A stretch of 64,000 bases of DNA from contig OZ241831.1 in the NCBI GenBank assembly GCA_965202585.1, forward strand, positions 17,484,001-17,548,000, given 5' to 3'. A model generated the notes under the pieces. It made no database searches. It was not told the DNA's origin and was given only the letters and a program-made list of their open reading frames with translations. Position 1 is the stretch's first letter. Each line of letters starts with the position of its first letter. Below are positions 38,137 to 51,519 of this stretch, one piece after another. A program made the translations under genes and the position numbers. This stretch comes from Thalia democratica. Lineage: Eukaryota.

Positions 38137-41100
38137 TGTTAAAGACTTTTACAAAAATATTTGCAAATGTTTATGGTGATCTAGAAAACATTTTTAACCT
38201 GTTGATTAGTAAAATTTTAACTGTTTGGTGTGACTTCATAAATTCTTTAATAGATCAACTTAAAATTAAATAATGAAGTCTTTAAGTTTTTCAATTTCCC
38301 CAAAAAAAGTTTATCATTGCAAGGGATAGAGTTTGAGACTGATGTATTTTTACCATTAAAAAAAAATAGTATGTTTACAGGTTTTCATGATTATATGTGC
38401 AGTCACTTTGCCAAAAAAAAAAGTTTGGCTTTCAATCAGAACTCTCCTCTGAAAAAAATGTACAGAACAAGTAAAAGTATAGTTGTTAATTTAAATTCTC
38501 CTTTTCAGTAAATTGTTTCTTTTATATTTAATGGTAACATGCATAACTTTATAAATTAAAACACTAAACAAATCAAAAGAAATTTCTCATTTCTCAAAAA
38601 ATGTATATGAAGAATTTTTTTTTAAATAAAGTGGTCTTTTTTACTGTGTCCTTCTATGGAGATCCTCTTGAACAAAATTTTTATTTTGGGTTATAAATAA
38701 GTTTAGGTGATCACTCTTGCTTGTTTTTTTATAATTTCTTAATATTTCTGTTTTGAATAACAAAACATTAACACAATTCACTATTTAGTTTAAACATAAC
38801 TTATTTGAAACTAATTTTCTTTATGTTTTTAAATATGCAGCCATTACAATTAATTATATTTAAGTTAAATATTTTTTTTTTAAATAGTTTAAACTGTCAT
38901 CCCTAACCCATGTTAATTAATATTCTACAATCATACCTATACCATATGTGTGATGTGGGTTAGGCATGTAGGCATTACTTACTATTAAAAGACTGTGTTC
39001 AGTTTATTATAAAAACCAAAAGTTGACATAAAAAACACTTAAATAGACTTCAATAGCATTTAAACATTCTCTGAGTTTAATGTTTCAAGATCAAAACACA
39101 TGGCAGACACATACACAAAAATAATCAACAGGCATATTCTTTGATTACATTTATGATGTTGTCAGCTACTGAATCATTTTTAAATTATAAGATAAAAAGC
39201 TGAAAGATAGCACTTGCTTGCGACTTTTGCATGTGTTTATCGTTGGGAAGGAAGATTGAGTGCTGAATTTTTTTCACAATAAAATAAAAACTCCTTTGAT
39301 AAAGTTTAAATATTAAAAAACATTATCATCTAAACTAAATCATAACTAACATATGAAAATATTTTTAAAAATTGCTAACACTTGTTTATAAAATAGTTAT
39401 ATTTTTATTTATTGAATTTTTAAATACACTTCTTTTTGACAATGAAATTATGTACAATTCTCATGTGGATACTAATAGAAGAATCAGTTTTTTTATGCTT
39501 CATTGATTTCATTTCATTAATATTCAACGTTGTAAATATACTGTTAAGTAGAAAAACTACTGTTTAAAAACTTTCTTTTTTTACAAAAAGCTGACTTTTC
39601 CCATACTTAAGTTAGTGTCAATATCAACAAGTCTTAGTACCTTAGTATCTTAGAATCAGTTAATAAATTCAGAAAATGTGCACTTAGAATATAGTCTATT
39701 GTTTAAAAATAATCCAGAAATGCTTAGTTAAGGAACTCTAGATTTTAATTAAATTCATATAAGTTTGAATTAGAAAAAAAGACATTTTTAATATTTTTTT
39801 AAATAAGTAAGAACTGCTCAAGTGCGAGATTACTGCATAAAGCTAATTTAAACAATCACATACATAAAAAGATATATAAAGATCTGATATTTTATAAGAA
39901 TATTCTATGCCAAAATTAAAAGTTAAAGTAATTTAATTTTAGCAGGTTTGTCGTATCCGTTTGCAATCTTTTTGACTCACATAACTTAAAAATATATGAA
40001 GTTTTTGAATCAGATATAAGTTTTTCAAGTAATCAATATTCAGTTGGCATATTTATCTTTTACTTCTGACAACCATTAATTTTATGCATATTATAATATT
40101 AATAAGATAATTTAACACAAAACACAAACTAAACAAAAACGAAAATGCTTAAAAATATTATCTAAGGACCTGTTAAAGACCTTACTTTTCGTTAAATATC
40201 AAGTTTTGTTGGTTATAGGATACGTTGGCTTTAAATTTTAAAGTAGTACAAGGAATAAATAAGTAATCAAATTTGTTGAGACTGGCAAATAGATTGAGAT
40301 TAAGAAAGTAGCAAACTGTTTATAGAAAAGCCTGTTTTGGTTACCAGGATTACATTAACTGCACTATACGTGATCATAAAGTTATTTTGTTTGATTTATT
40401 TTTGAAATAATACTTCCAAAGGACATCGCTCAGTCAAAACTACTTAAAAAAGTTATAGTACTCTTTAAATTAAAGTAGAATTCTATATTTTAAAGTGAAG
40501 AGTTCTAAAAAGTAAAAAATACATGTTAAAATTAGTTTTTACTTATGTATAAGACTATTTGTTAATTTTCTAAGTACCCTTTAAAAAAGACTTGTACTAT
40601 ACTTTTTAGTTAAAATAAAGATTTACTAACAACCATGTTTTATTTTCAGAATGTTATATACACACACCTTTAGAATAATGCTTTGACAGAAAAAAAATAA
40701 TTCAAGACATTTATATAAATTATATTTATCGCAACAATTTATAATGTTTGGTTTTTTAAATTTATAGCAAAAACTAACATTTGTAAAACTTAATAAACTT
40801 TATTTACTTTCAAAAGACTTTATAAACAACAAACCTATATCAAATTTATTTCTTAGTTTTTCTTTTATAGCATTTTTAAAATATATGCATTGTTCACAAA
40901 AAAAAAATTTAGCTTTGATATTTTAAAAGCAGTTGTAAGATGACTATTTTTTTTTCTTTTCAACATAGTTAGTTTTGTTTGGCTAACGATAAACTTAAAA
41001 AAAATGTGTTTTTAATTTTTACTAAGCTGCAACAAAAAGTTGATAATTTTCTTTATCTTGATAATACCGTCATTTAATTACTTAGACAACTAGAATACAT

Positions 41101-41137
41101 GGTAAAAAAGTGTCATTGAGTAAAATTAAGGTGAAAG

Positions 41138-41348
41138 TATACTTAAAGGTCTTTCTGACCAGCATATCTGCTAAGTCAGCAACTTTTTTAAACACTTTTT
41201 ATATATTTTATTTATTAAAACTCTTATCTCTAACCCACCTAAATATGTTAGAAATTAATTAAAAATAAAGTTTTAATAATTAAAAATAACATGAAAAATG
41301 TTTTTGCTGACATAGCGAAAATGCAAATGAGACTGATCTCTAAGTATA
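41138..41348. mobile_element. MITE of the same family as 894-1098
   Basis: tatacttaaaggtctttctgaccagcatatctgctaagtcagcaa ... ttgctgacatagcgaaaatgcaaatgagactgatctctaagtata. Confidence 0.6.
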
Positions 41349-44300
41349 CTAGCCAAATTAAGGTATCTTCGTCAAAATGACAACCATTTCTGAAAGAAGT
41401 ATTACAATTTTTTATTGAAAATTTTTACGTATCTACGTCAGAAAAATTTAATTTATAACAATTGTATCAAGTTTACGTTTATAAAAACTGTCTTTTAAAA
41501 AACTAAAGGTACTGATAACATGTAAGTTAATATCCTATGGTTTTCTTTTTTGGTTTGTCATCTATAATGAATAAGTATATGATTTTGTATGTCGGTTTTA
41601 GAACTTTTAGAAAATTCTTAGTATGTATAAAACATTTAACTAGTTTATAGGGAAAGATAGCAAGAGAATAAGTACTTATACTTTTTAATTGAACAAATAT
41701 TACAGAATACTCAAAAATGCTGTAACATAAAAACTCTTTTTTTTTTTTAAGTATTATTTAACTGCTTAAAACTTTAATGTATCAGACTTTTGTTTGACAT
41801 TTCTTAATCACATGATGTTTTCTAAAATAAATTAATAAAATTAAGAACTGATAATCAAACTAGTACATTTCTGTAAATCCGAGTGAAAATATTAATATTT
41901 TTTTTTTTCATACAGTTTAAGGTTTGAAAACCACACAGAATAGAACAGCCTAGTCTCATTTTTTCAGTTTATCTGGAACGAAATGGAAGGATTTACGATG
42001 ATGCCGAACGGTTTCGTTAATATGCATTTAGTTTATATCAGTTTATATGTCTAATACAATCAGTTAACTTTTTTCAGAACCATACCATATACTTAAAGGT
42101 ATTATAATCAAATATATGCTAAGTTTATAATAAATAAGGCACTATAAAAAGTTTTATATTTGTAAATAAAAAAAATAAATCACAAACAATTCAAATTAAG
42201 AAAGCTTTTTTTCTTTTTGTTATAGCTTATAAATTATTATGCTTGAAATTACTTTTATAAGGATATTATCTTGTTAATTACAAAAAAAAACTAAACATGA
42301 TAATTGTCTCAGAGACTACTTGGTTGGAACGAATATGAAAGATACCATGGTTCTTAACGTCTACCTCATCTATTCAATAAATTAAACCGAGTTAGTAGAA
42401 ACCTGTACTCTTATCTTTTCTTGAACTAATTTAAAAAACTATTTTTTGTGTACTTAAAACTATCTAATGTTGATTACTGTAGGCTAAAAACTTTTTTAAA
42501 CGTAGGAATATATTTAGATTATTACAAATAAGTTGTATTCAATGAGTGGTAGGATAAAAATGCATGAAACATACAAAATATTTGTAAGTTATCAATTATA
42601 GAATGTTTACTATAAAAATAAATATCAAGATACTTTAAAGGTATTAATAGGATATATACCCCTAAGATTGGCGTAAATTAGTATTTTTTTATGTAAAGGT
42701 TAACAAATTAGTGTTATTAATTTACAAAAATTATCATACTTACAGCGCCTATGCAAAAAAAAATCTTTCCAAGTTGTCAGACCTACTTCCATTTAAGTTT
42801 AAAAAACCAACGAACTCATCTAATATAACGAACGACTCAACATTAAATTATAACGAAATTAAATCTAACCAACCAATCCTAGCACCAAGCGAAACAATTT
42901 ACAAAAAAGAAAACCACGATAATTCTTCTTTTAGTGAGCAATCACAGTTGAGTTCAGCCCAAAAACTATGTTTTTCCAGTTAACTTCAGAGCTAAAAAAG
43001 TCTAGAGAGGAAAACTTTCTGGAAGAAAAATTATTTATATAATTATGATAATTATTCCAATCTCAGGTTAGTGCAATAGCAGCGAGTTAGTTGTAGGGTA
43101 AGCGAAGTCGCTAGCTAAGACCTGGAATGAAAGTAAAGTTTTAGAAAATTTACTTAAAGAAGCTACAAATAAAGTTGAGGCACCAGTTAGCTTCTAAAAC
43201 TGTACTGGACTGAATCATAGATCAAGGTCTGAAGAACTTATCAACCAAAGTTATTCACCTATAAACTATAAAAAAGTGGAAAGATAATGTAAATCACACA
43301 ACGTATATTCTACGGGACACGTTCATATTCTACATACATACAACAAGCCTTTCCTGCAAAAAGTATCACCAATTTCGTCGAATTCCAGTATTGAATCGGA
43401 AGATGTCAAAAGGTTTGTCGACTCGTTAGCTAAAGGCAACACGAATGTGTCAATTGCCGATTTGACCAACCTTGCTAAAAGCTTTAGGTTCCTCTCTAAA
43501 ACACAGTTCATCGCAAGGTAGCATATCTACTATAAGCGAACCAGCAAGCACTAATACTCCTAGGTCGAACTTTTCAGTTGATTTACACACTTAGAAAGAT
43601 GCTAAAACCGAAGATAGTTGTTTGAAATCTTTTCTAATGAATTTAAAGATGTCAATACTCATAACGAAAAAATTGTCAAGAAAACGTCGTACACTTTTAA
43701 TTTTAGGTTATAAACTGATAATCACAAGTAGCAACCAATATTTTTTTAAAGCGAATCTGGATCAACTCAATCAACAACAAAAAATAAAACGAAGAAAAAT
43801 TTTTTTGATCAATAGTCCACATAATGAATTTAAAGTGTATGTAAAATATAATCTAGCTTAATATAAATTCTTAACTTATAATTAAAAAAGATATAGTACT
43901 ATTTTCTTCATTACTTTTTTCAAATACTGTAAAATTTCAGACACTATTTTGAGAACGAAAACAACAAAGACTGCAACAAAAGAAAAGTTTTAATTTTAAA
44001 AGTGTTAATTAGTTTTTTTTTTAAACAACAATTATAAATTTTATTAACATAAAACTTTAATTTTAAGATATATTTTAAAGTATAGTCTATTCTTAATTGT
44101 AATATTTCTTTCAAAAAATTTTGTTTATCAGTCAGTTTTAAACTGGTAAAAAAGACTTTAATTTCAAGTAAAAATACACTAAACAGGAATACCAGAAACA
44201 ACTATGATGCTAAAGACCAAAACTTTATAAGTTAAAAAAACATAAATTAGAATTTATTATTATACTTTAATAAAAAAATTTATATAAAGCAGGTATAAAG

Positions 44301-45229
44301 CAAGTTAATGAGACTTCAAAAACTAAAAAAAGCGGCCTGGTTTCTTCAAAAAAAATTTTTGTTATGCAAATATGGTAAGCTTTGATGATGTAGTTATTAA
44401 CATTTTAAACCTAAAAATAAAATACTCAGTGTCTTTATAGTATATAAATTATTATATGGATAACTTTAAATTTTTGTAAGTAACAATAAAAGTCTTTATG
44501 AAAAGTTGCATATTTTTCTGGCAATTAAATATTTTGAAAATTTTCAAAAATTTGTACCAAAATAATGTTTTTAAATGACTCAGGGTAAGTTTCCACCTCT
44601 TCTACTCTAATTTAAATAACAGTTTCACTTTTTATAAATTTTAGAAGTTAGATTTGATTAAATCTTTAATATAAAAAAGTTAAGCTTCATCTTCAGAATA
44701 TTAATGGACTTTCAAACGTAAACGAAAATCAAATCGTAAATAATCCAATATATAAATGTTTCCTGTTTTTTCTGAAAATACCTGCCAGAAATTAATTAAG
44801 AAATTGTGTATTTTACTAGCGTTTATAACTCAATATGTTATTAAAAAAAGTAAAAAAAAGACTTTTGTTTTAATATTATGGCAACTTTAAATAAGTTGAA
44901 TGTGTATTTAGTGAATCATTATTTTTTTTATTAGTTCTGTTTGTACAACGATACGAACTTTTATACAATAACACCTAAATAAATTTAAGTGGTAATCATT
45001 AAAACTAATATGTAATAGTAAATAAGGTTAAAACTAAAAACAATTATATAAAAAAATACATATTTTATATAAAAACAATCAATAACAAAAATATTTACTA
45101 TAAACAATTAGCTTGAGCATTATAATCATGTACGTCTTCTTTGAAACAGTTAGTTTTTAAATTAGTTTACAAACTGTTTCAGTTCTTTTAAAGGAGATTT
45201 AGTATACTGGTTTTTGAAACTAGTATTTG

Positions 45230-45440
45230 AACGCATTATGTCTAGCTTGGATATTTCATTTGTGAATTATTTTGATGATGAAACGCAAATTTATCATGCA
45301 TGGAGCTTTTTTGTTTGTTTTTATTATTATTTTGCTATACTTTACTCTACAATGTTAACAGCAGATAATACTAATCTCGTTGGATACTTATCCTCGTGCG
45401 TTTTAACGAAAACGTATAACTCGTCCGATTGAGAATATAG
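45230..45440 (-). pseudogene. Possible relic of a Penelope-like reverse transcriptase N-terminal region
   Basis: The minus frame gives ELYVFVKTHEDKYPTRLVLSAVN, resembling the PLE RT motif LYGLPKxHKxxxPLRPIVS, followed by stops. Short match only. Confidence 0.35.
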
Positions 45441-47674
45441 TAGATAAATCATGTAATTAGTTTTTTGGTCAACAAAAAAGTTTCTAATATAACTTATACA
45501 ACAGTAAATTACTTAGTTTTTATTTATAATCATAAAACTAACTTTTTTGTGTTTATAGAGTTAAAATCTAATTCATTTTTCAAAATTTCTGTCTATAATA
45601 ATTTTGTCTTTCTTTTAAAAGCGATTCATTTTATATAAAACAGAAACACTATAATTTTTACTCGTTTTGCTGCTACCATTGGAAACTTTTTTTGAGAGAG
45701 ATTGCCGAGTGTTTTATGCACTTGTTGGTTCTAGCTTTACATTTATTTTGTGCATCATTAATAATTTTCATGCTGTGTCACAAAGAGAGATTTTTTATTA
45801 AAAGTTAAATTTCTTTCATTAATTATTTTACACGGTCTATACACAAAAGCAAGACAGCTATCAAACTTCCACACTACTATAAACGTATAATTGTATACAG
45901 AAAACCAACAGACATTTGCCTAAATTTCAATACACTATTCATTCACACATCATCAAAGATCTAAAAAACACTGAAAAGTACTCAGACATAAAAATGTTAT
46001 CTCATTTACAATATTTTATCTGAATAGTTTGGTTTTGGTACTGGTTTTAATTAAAAAGTTTAAACATAACTGACTCATTTTCAAAAAAAAGTTTATTTAT
46101 TAATTTCGTTTAAGGTAAAAATTTATACTATTTTAAATGTTTTTGTTTTAGCAATTTTGTCTTATAAATTACTTTAAGTTAGTTCAGTATAGCTCTATTC
46201 TATTTTTCAAACTTTTTCTAAACAGACTTTTATTCTTTATGACGTAACTATTTTTTGTTAGACTTTTCAAATTCATTATATATAACTAAAATTACTCTAC
46301 AATATTCATAGTTTTTAGCAATGTTATTCTGAAGAGAGCTAAACGAAATTAATAAATAAACTTTTTTTTTGAAAATGAGTCAGTTATGTTTAAACTTTTT
46401 AATATTTTATCTGTAGGTAATTACTAAACACGACTCCAAAAATGTATGGTGTCCGTTTTAAAAATCACAGTATAATAATCAAACAAGCATATATAAGCAA
46501 ATCAATCTGTTTTACTATTCCGATAATAAAAGCAAATGCTCGGAAATATTTGACGGAAATTTCATCCCTTAATACAGTTGTTGTGTAGATCAGTGCATAT
46601 CGTACATAAAAACGAAACCACGACAAACTTTTTGAAGAATTGCAAACCATTGTGGAAATGACAAAAACACCACAATATTTCATCATCTATTTTATTGCAC
46701 ACACCATCAAAACTGACACATTGAAAAAACAATAAGAACTTTAAAAAGATGTAAGTAGAGCGAAATTTAATAGTCTGGAATCGATACAATCTAAGAAGAG
46801 AAACCTAAGCACTCAATATGGATCAATTGGTAAAAGCCATGATATTAATTAGTTAGTACACTCTTACTTAACTGTTGTTTAATTAAATTACGTTTAAAAA
46901 TTTGTTATACCTTTAAAAATTTTAATTGGTTAAGTCACAATATATTGAATACATTTTATCAACACTTAATTTGTACGTATTTTTTTTACTTTTATCACTT
47001 GAAATGGATATTAAGTTTATATCGAGGAGCTTAAAAAAGAGTGATATCTGTTTATTTATACCAAGTCTCAAATAGTATTTAAAACATAATACAAACCTTT
47101 CATATAAACTTATGTTACCTCACAGCTTTTGGTAAGTTAGAAAAAAAGTGCATTACAATTTTATATCGTTTTGCATTTAAAACCTTTTTTTAGTTAATTT
47201 ACATCAAAAGAATCCTTACCATATTGTTTCAATTAGAAAAGTAAAAAACTTGTTTTGGAAATCCCAATTATTTCAAAAAAATAACCAACTAAACTTAAAA
47301 CATTATCAAAATATCTGATAGGCTCTGTTTCATAGGCACAAATAAATAATAAGGTTTATCTAAATACAAAGTACGTTCTTTTTTGTAAAAAAAATGTCGA
47401 AATAAGCCTAGCACAGAAAAATGTCGTTAATTTTAATAAGTGGAGTACTTTTCGAAGTTGAAGATACTTTAAAGTTTTCACATAAGATCATAATTTGAGT
47501 TTTTTTATATATATTTACTTAACAATATTTGATCTTAAATTGTTATATACATTAGCTTATTTAGATTTTAAAAATTATTATAATTTAAAATATTTGAATA
47601 TATTTTCAAAAAAGAACAGTTCAAACTCTTTCAATTATGTAAGATATTATTTCAAATGCAAAAATTATAAACCA

Positions 47675-47915
47675 AGGCAAAAAAAGCGCGGAAAAGGGAA
47701 GGGCGCGAGCGACTAGTATATCTTCTAAACTGCATAAATGACGTCATAAAAGGCGCGTAGACGCGAAGGATAACGAAAGAAAGAGAAATTGCGGTCGGAA
47801 GGGGGCGATGTAGTGCAGTATTTCGGCTCAAAGCGAAATTTGGCGCAAATTGTCTTGAAGCGAGCAAACAGCGCGAAACTGTGTTTTTTTACAATTGACA
47901 GCCGTCCAATAGTAA
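47675..47915. promoter_or_regulatory. CpG-rich promoter-like island with E2F-type sites, a CRE and a CCAAT box
   Basis: gcgcggaaaa (47686), tgacgtca (47739-47746), tttggcgc (47839), gcgcgaaa (47871) and ccaat (47906) in a GC-rich patch within AT-rich DNA. No convincing CDS overlaps it. Confidence 0.55.
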
Positions 47916-48664
47916 TTCAGCGTTTTTGTTTTGCCTCGTAATTTTTATCCCACGGTGATCGCTTTTTGGAAATATAAGCTGACTGAAAACAAAAAATCCC
48001 ACGCAATTAAATATAAATTTGTATTTGATACTTCAATGACAATTTTAGCTAATTGTCGAAAACTTTTAAAACTATACATATACTATTTAAAAACTCAGCA
48101 CTTGGATTTATTCATGATACACAGAAAAACGAGCTTAAAAACAGCTAGTAATGCAACATTGATGTTTTATGTTATACAGATTTCTTATATAGGAATGCCG
48201 TGAAGTCGGTTACCAAGCCGTTTAATATACATAAACCTAAAAAATTTACTTATCAACATATCATTGTGAAAATAAAAGAAGTAAAAATAAACATGTTAAG
48301 TAATATAAAATAAAAAAACTTGATGCTTAACTAAAAAAAAAGAATAATTGAAAGAAAATTTGAAATAGAAACTATTTATCTAACTTTAAAACGTCCAAAA
48401 ACTTTAATTATACATTTTTCTAATGTGTAATAAAATAGCATTTTAAAAGGCAAAGCGTTTTATATAAAAAAACTCGTATTGCTCCATACACTTAAAACAA
48501 AACGACATTCAATAATGTTTTAAATTAACAAAATTACTTAGAAGACAGACAAGGTTGAGGGAACAAGAACGTTGATTATTTTCCTAAAAACCTATTTTTT
48601 TAAAACACATAAATTTCACAGGGTTGTCGACAAAAACATAAATCCCCGCGCGTCGCCCAAATGT

Positions 48665-51519
48665 CTAAATGACGTCACAGTAGTCTAAGTCGTCGTCCAT
48701 GTCGGAGAGGTCGTCGTCATGGTAATCTCCATCGTCTTCCGAGCCCTCCAGTTGGTCGACGAGGCGCGGGAAGAGGGCGCGGAAGTCGCGGTCCAGCAAG
48801 TTGGCCCTGTTGCTCTCTTTGGCGTGGTCCTTGCTCAGGTCCAACGGTATTTCCCCGGACCCTGCAGCCATGGACGCAGAGGTGAAAGTGCTGTCCCTGC
48901 CCGTGGTCAGTCGGCTGTCAGTAAAGATCTTGTAAAAGATACAGCTGAGTACGGAACGGACGGAAAAGGCCGGTGACCTGTTATGATGTCATAATAATTT
49001 TGTTTTTGCAAGCTGGTTAGTTGTTAGAACTTAAAAACATTACTATTTAAAAACTCTACGATGGCTAGTGTTAAAAAAAATAATAATCTGGAATTAAACG
49101 CTAAAAACTAGTTGCAAAACATAACCATCAAAATAAACACAAAAAGCACACTGACCATGTTTCGAGCGAGAAGAGGCAATCGGAAGTGGAAGGTGAAGTT
49201 GATTGGAAGTCGGCGGGAGTGATGAGCACTATTTGAGGGGGTTGAAAGGGAAACGAGGTGGGAAAGAGCAGCTTGCCGTGGAAAAATCCCCCGCTCAACA
49301 GAGTGTCGTCCATTCCTTTGAACTGAAATAATTTTCGCTTAGTTTCGGCTATTGGGTGAGTTATGAAACAATTATTCACTATTTCGTTTTTTTAACTGGT
49401 TCGGAAGTACTCTTTTAAATAAAAATTACTTATAACTATAGTTGTAATAGAATTATAGTATTTTACTATTTTAAAACAATATTTAGCTAATTTTTGATTG
49501 ATTTTAATCTAATACGCAGTTTAACGTAATTTGAAATTTTAGTTAAAATTATAATCTAAATTCAAGAAACATAAAACATGTTTGAATTTTTTCGTTTTGT
49601 TTTAATCAGGATTAGTGCGAAAAATTTTGAAATTTTACACTGACGTTTCAACTCTTGTTAGAAGGCGCCGAGATGGGCCTATTACTAGATGAAACAACGT
49701 ATCCTAACAGTTTAGTTCTAACAGCGTAGCCTATAATAAGTAATATCTTTTTTTATGATTTCAAGATTTTTTACATGGTCTCTTGCAAATTCATTCTCAA
49801 AAAAACGTTACTTTGCTGACTTAAACTATCTATTTTTTTTATAAATAACAATGAAAACAAGATAACTACATGATTTACAATGGTGTATAAATAGCTGGAA
49901 TGAAAAAGTACCCATTTTATTGTGAGTTTCAATATTATTAAAACTAAGGTTACAAAAACTAATTTTTTTTAGCATAATTTCAGATTTAATTCTTTTTTTT
50001 GATAAAATAATTCTCAAACTTATTTTTAAAACTCAGAAATTTTCAAGCATTTAAACAAATAAACTTAAAAAAAATTGTAAATATTGTTGAATAAACTGAT
50101 TTAGCCTAACGCGTACGAACCCTGATTAATTTTGAATATAAAATATTAACACTATATAAAATAAAAAATTGAATATATTTTTAACTAGACATTTATTCTA
50201 ATTACATTTAATAAGGTTATTTAAAGTTTGAAAACCGCTACATAAAAACTAAAAACTAATAACCATGTTGTAAAAAACTATTGATTACATACTTTAAAAT
50301 TATCCATACTTTACAAATATAAAGTTATTTTGTAATCTTTATTTAGTTAGATGGTTTTGTACGACAAAACAAAAGATTACAAACGCAAGTATTTAAATCT
50401 TTCTTTTTTAATTATTTAAGCAAATCTAGTGTATTTATACATACACATATAAAGGTACTTACAAATTAAATAAGAGAAAAAATTTTTTTTAGCAAGATTC
50501 TTTGTTTTCAAATTAAATAAAACTATTTAAATGTAAACCAAAAACACAAATTACAAAAACTTATAAGAGCGGTCTTAGTATATAAAATTGCCCTATTTTC
50601 GATACGAAAGAAGTTTCTCGAAGTAATTAGTTTTTTGATAATAGAAAAGGTAAACAGTTATATAACCTGCATAACAACAATGCAAGCTTGTTTTGAAAAC
50701 GCAGAAAAACCTGAGTTGAACCTAATTATTTTTGTACCACGTAATTACAAATAATTTCAATTTCACAGCTAAATTAGTTAAGTTAATTTTTTAAGTTGTA
50801 AAACAGTAAATACTGCATTTGTAAAATTTTATGTACTAAATAAATAACAGTTAAATTGTACACAATGTACATTAAAGTTTGTTTTTATAAGTAATAATTT
50901 AATTTAACATAAATTTATTGACTAGAAGATAACTCATTTTAAAATTATTATTAAATCAGGCTAGACTATTATGATCAATTAAAATATCAACTTAACAAAA
51001 CACATGAATAAATTTATAAAAATTTGATTTAAATACTGAAAATGAAATACTATTTGCATCGAACTAAAAACCATTATATTATTTTGAATATAAAAACTTA
51101 TGAATATTCAACAAAATTACAAAATACATAACAACTTCATTTAATAACTGTCATGTAAAAAGTGTTAAAAGTAAAACTTTTTAGAATTATTCAAACTAAA
51201 TAAACTTTTTTAGGTAAAACTTGATGAGAAAATGTTGACTTACCATTACAATTTATACTTTATAAAATCGTGACTTGCCAGCATTATAGCTAGCCAAACC
51301 ATAGAAAAACAAACTTTAATTGAAATTAAAACTATATTCAGTTTATATCGGTTATTTAAAAATATTAGATATCAAATATGAAACATAACCCACCACAAAA
51401 TGCCATTCGTAAACGTTTTCCGGATGAATTTCAACTTGGACCTGTGGCAGAGGATCTCTCTTCAACTGCATGTAGTCGTGCATCAACCGACGCATGGTGC
51501 CGCTGTGACTCGTTTCCAT
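48665..51519 (-). CDS. UBE2J2-like: UBE2J2/Ubc6-derived ubiquitin-conjugating-enzyme-like protein 1, 3 exons, 201 aa, acidic tail and no TM anchor
   Basis: Exons 51519-51394 (METSHSGTMRRLMHDYMQLKRDPLPQVQVEIHPENVYEWHFV), 49322-49156 (FKG...GGFFHGKLLFPTSFPFQPPQIVLITP...DCLFSLET) and 48977-48665 (WSPAFSVRSVL...NLLDRDFRALFPRLVDQL...DDD*). GT-AG junctions with matching phases. Confidence 0.88.

Noticed and set aside
41968-42020. Possible plus-strand terminal exon (YLERNGRIYDDAERFR*) after a ttttcag acceptor
   Set aside because: Too short, no upstream exons could be linked and no family was recognised.
47652-48203. ORFs 47652-47867(-) and 47931-48203(+) flanking the GC-rich island
   Set aside because: Non-ATG starts and no recognisable motifs. 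Better explained as promoter-like and AT-rich non-coding DNA.
48719-48976. 85-aa plus-strand ORF
   Set aside because: Antisense to GC-rich exon 3 of E2-like-1.
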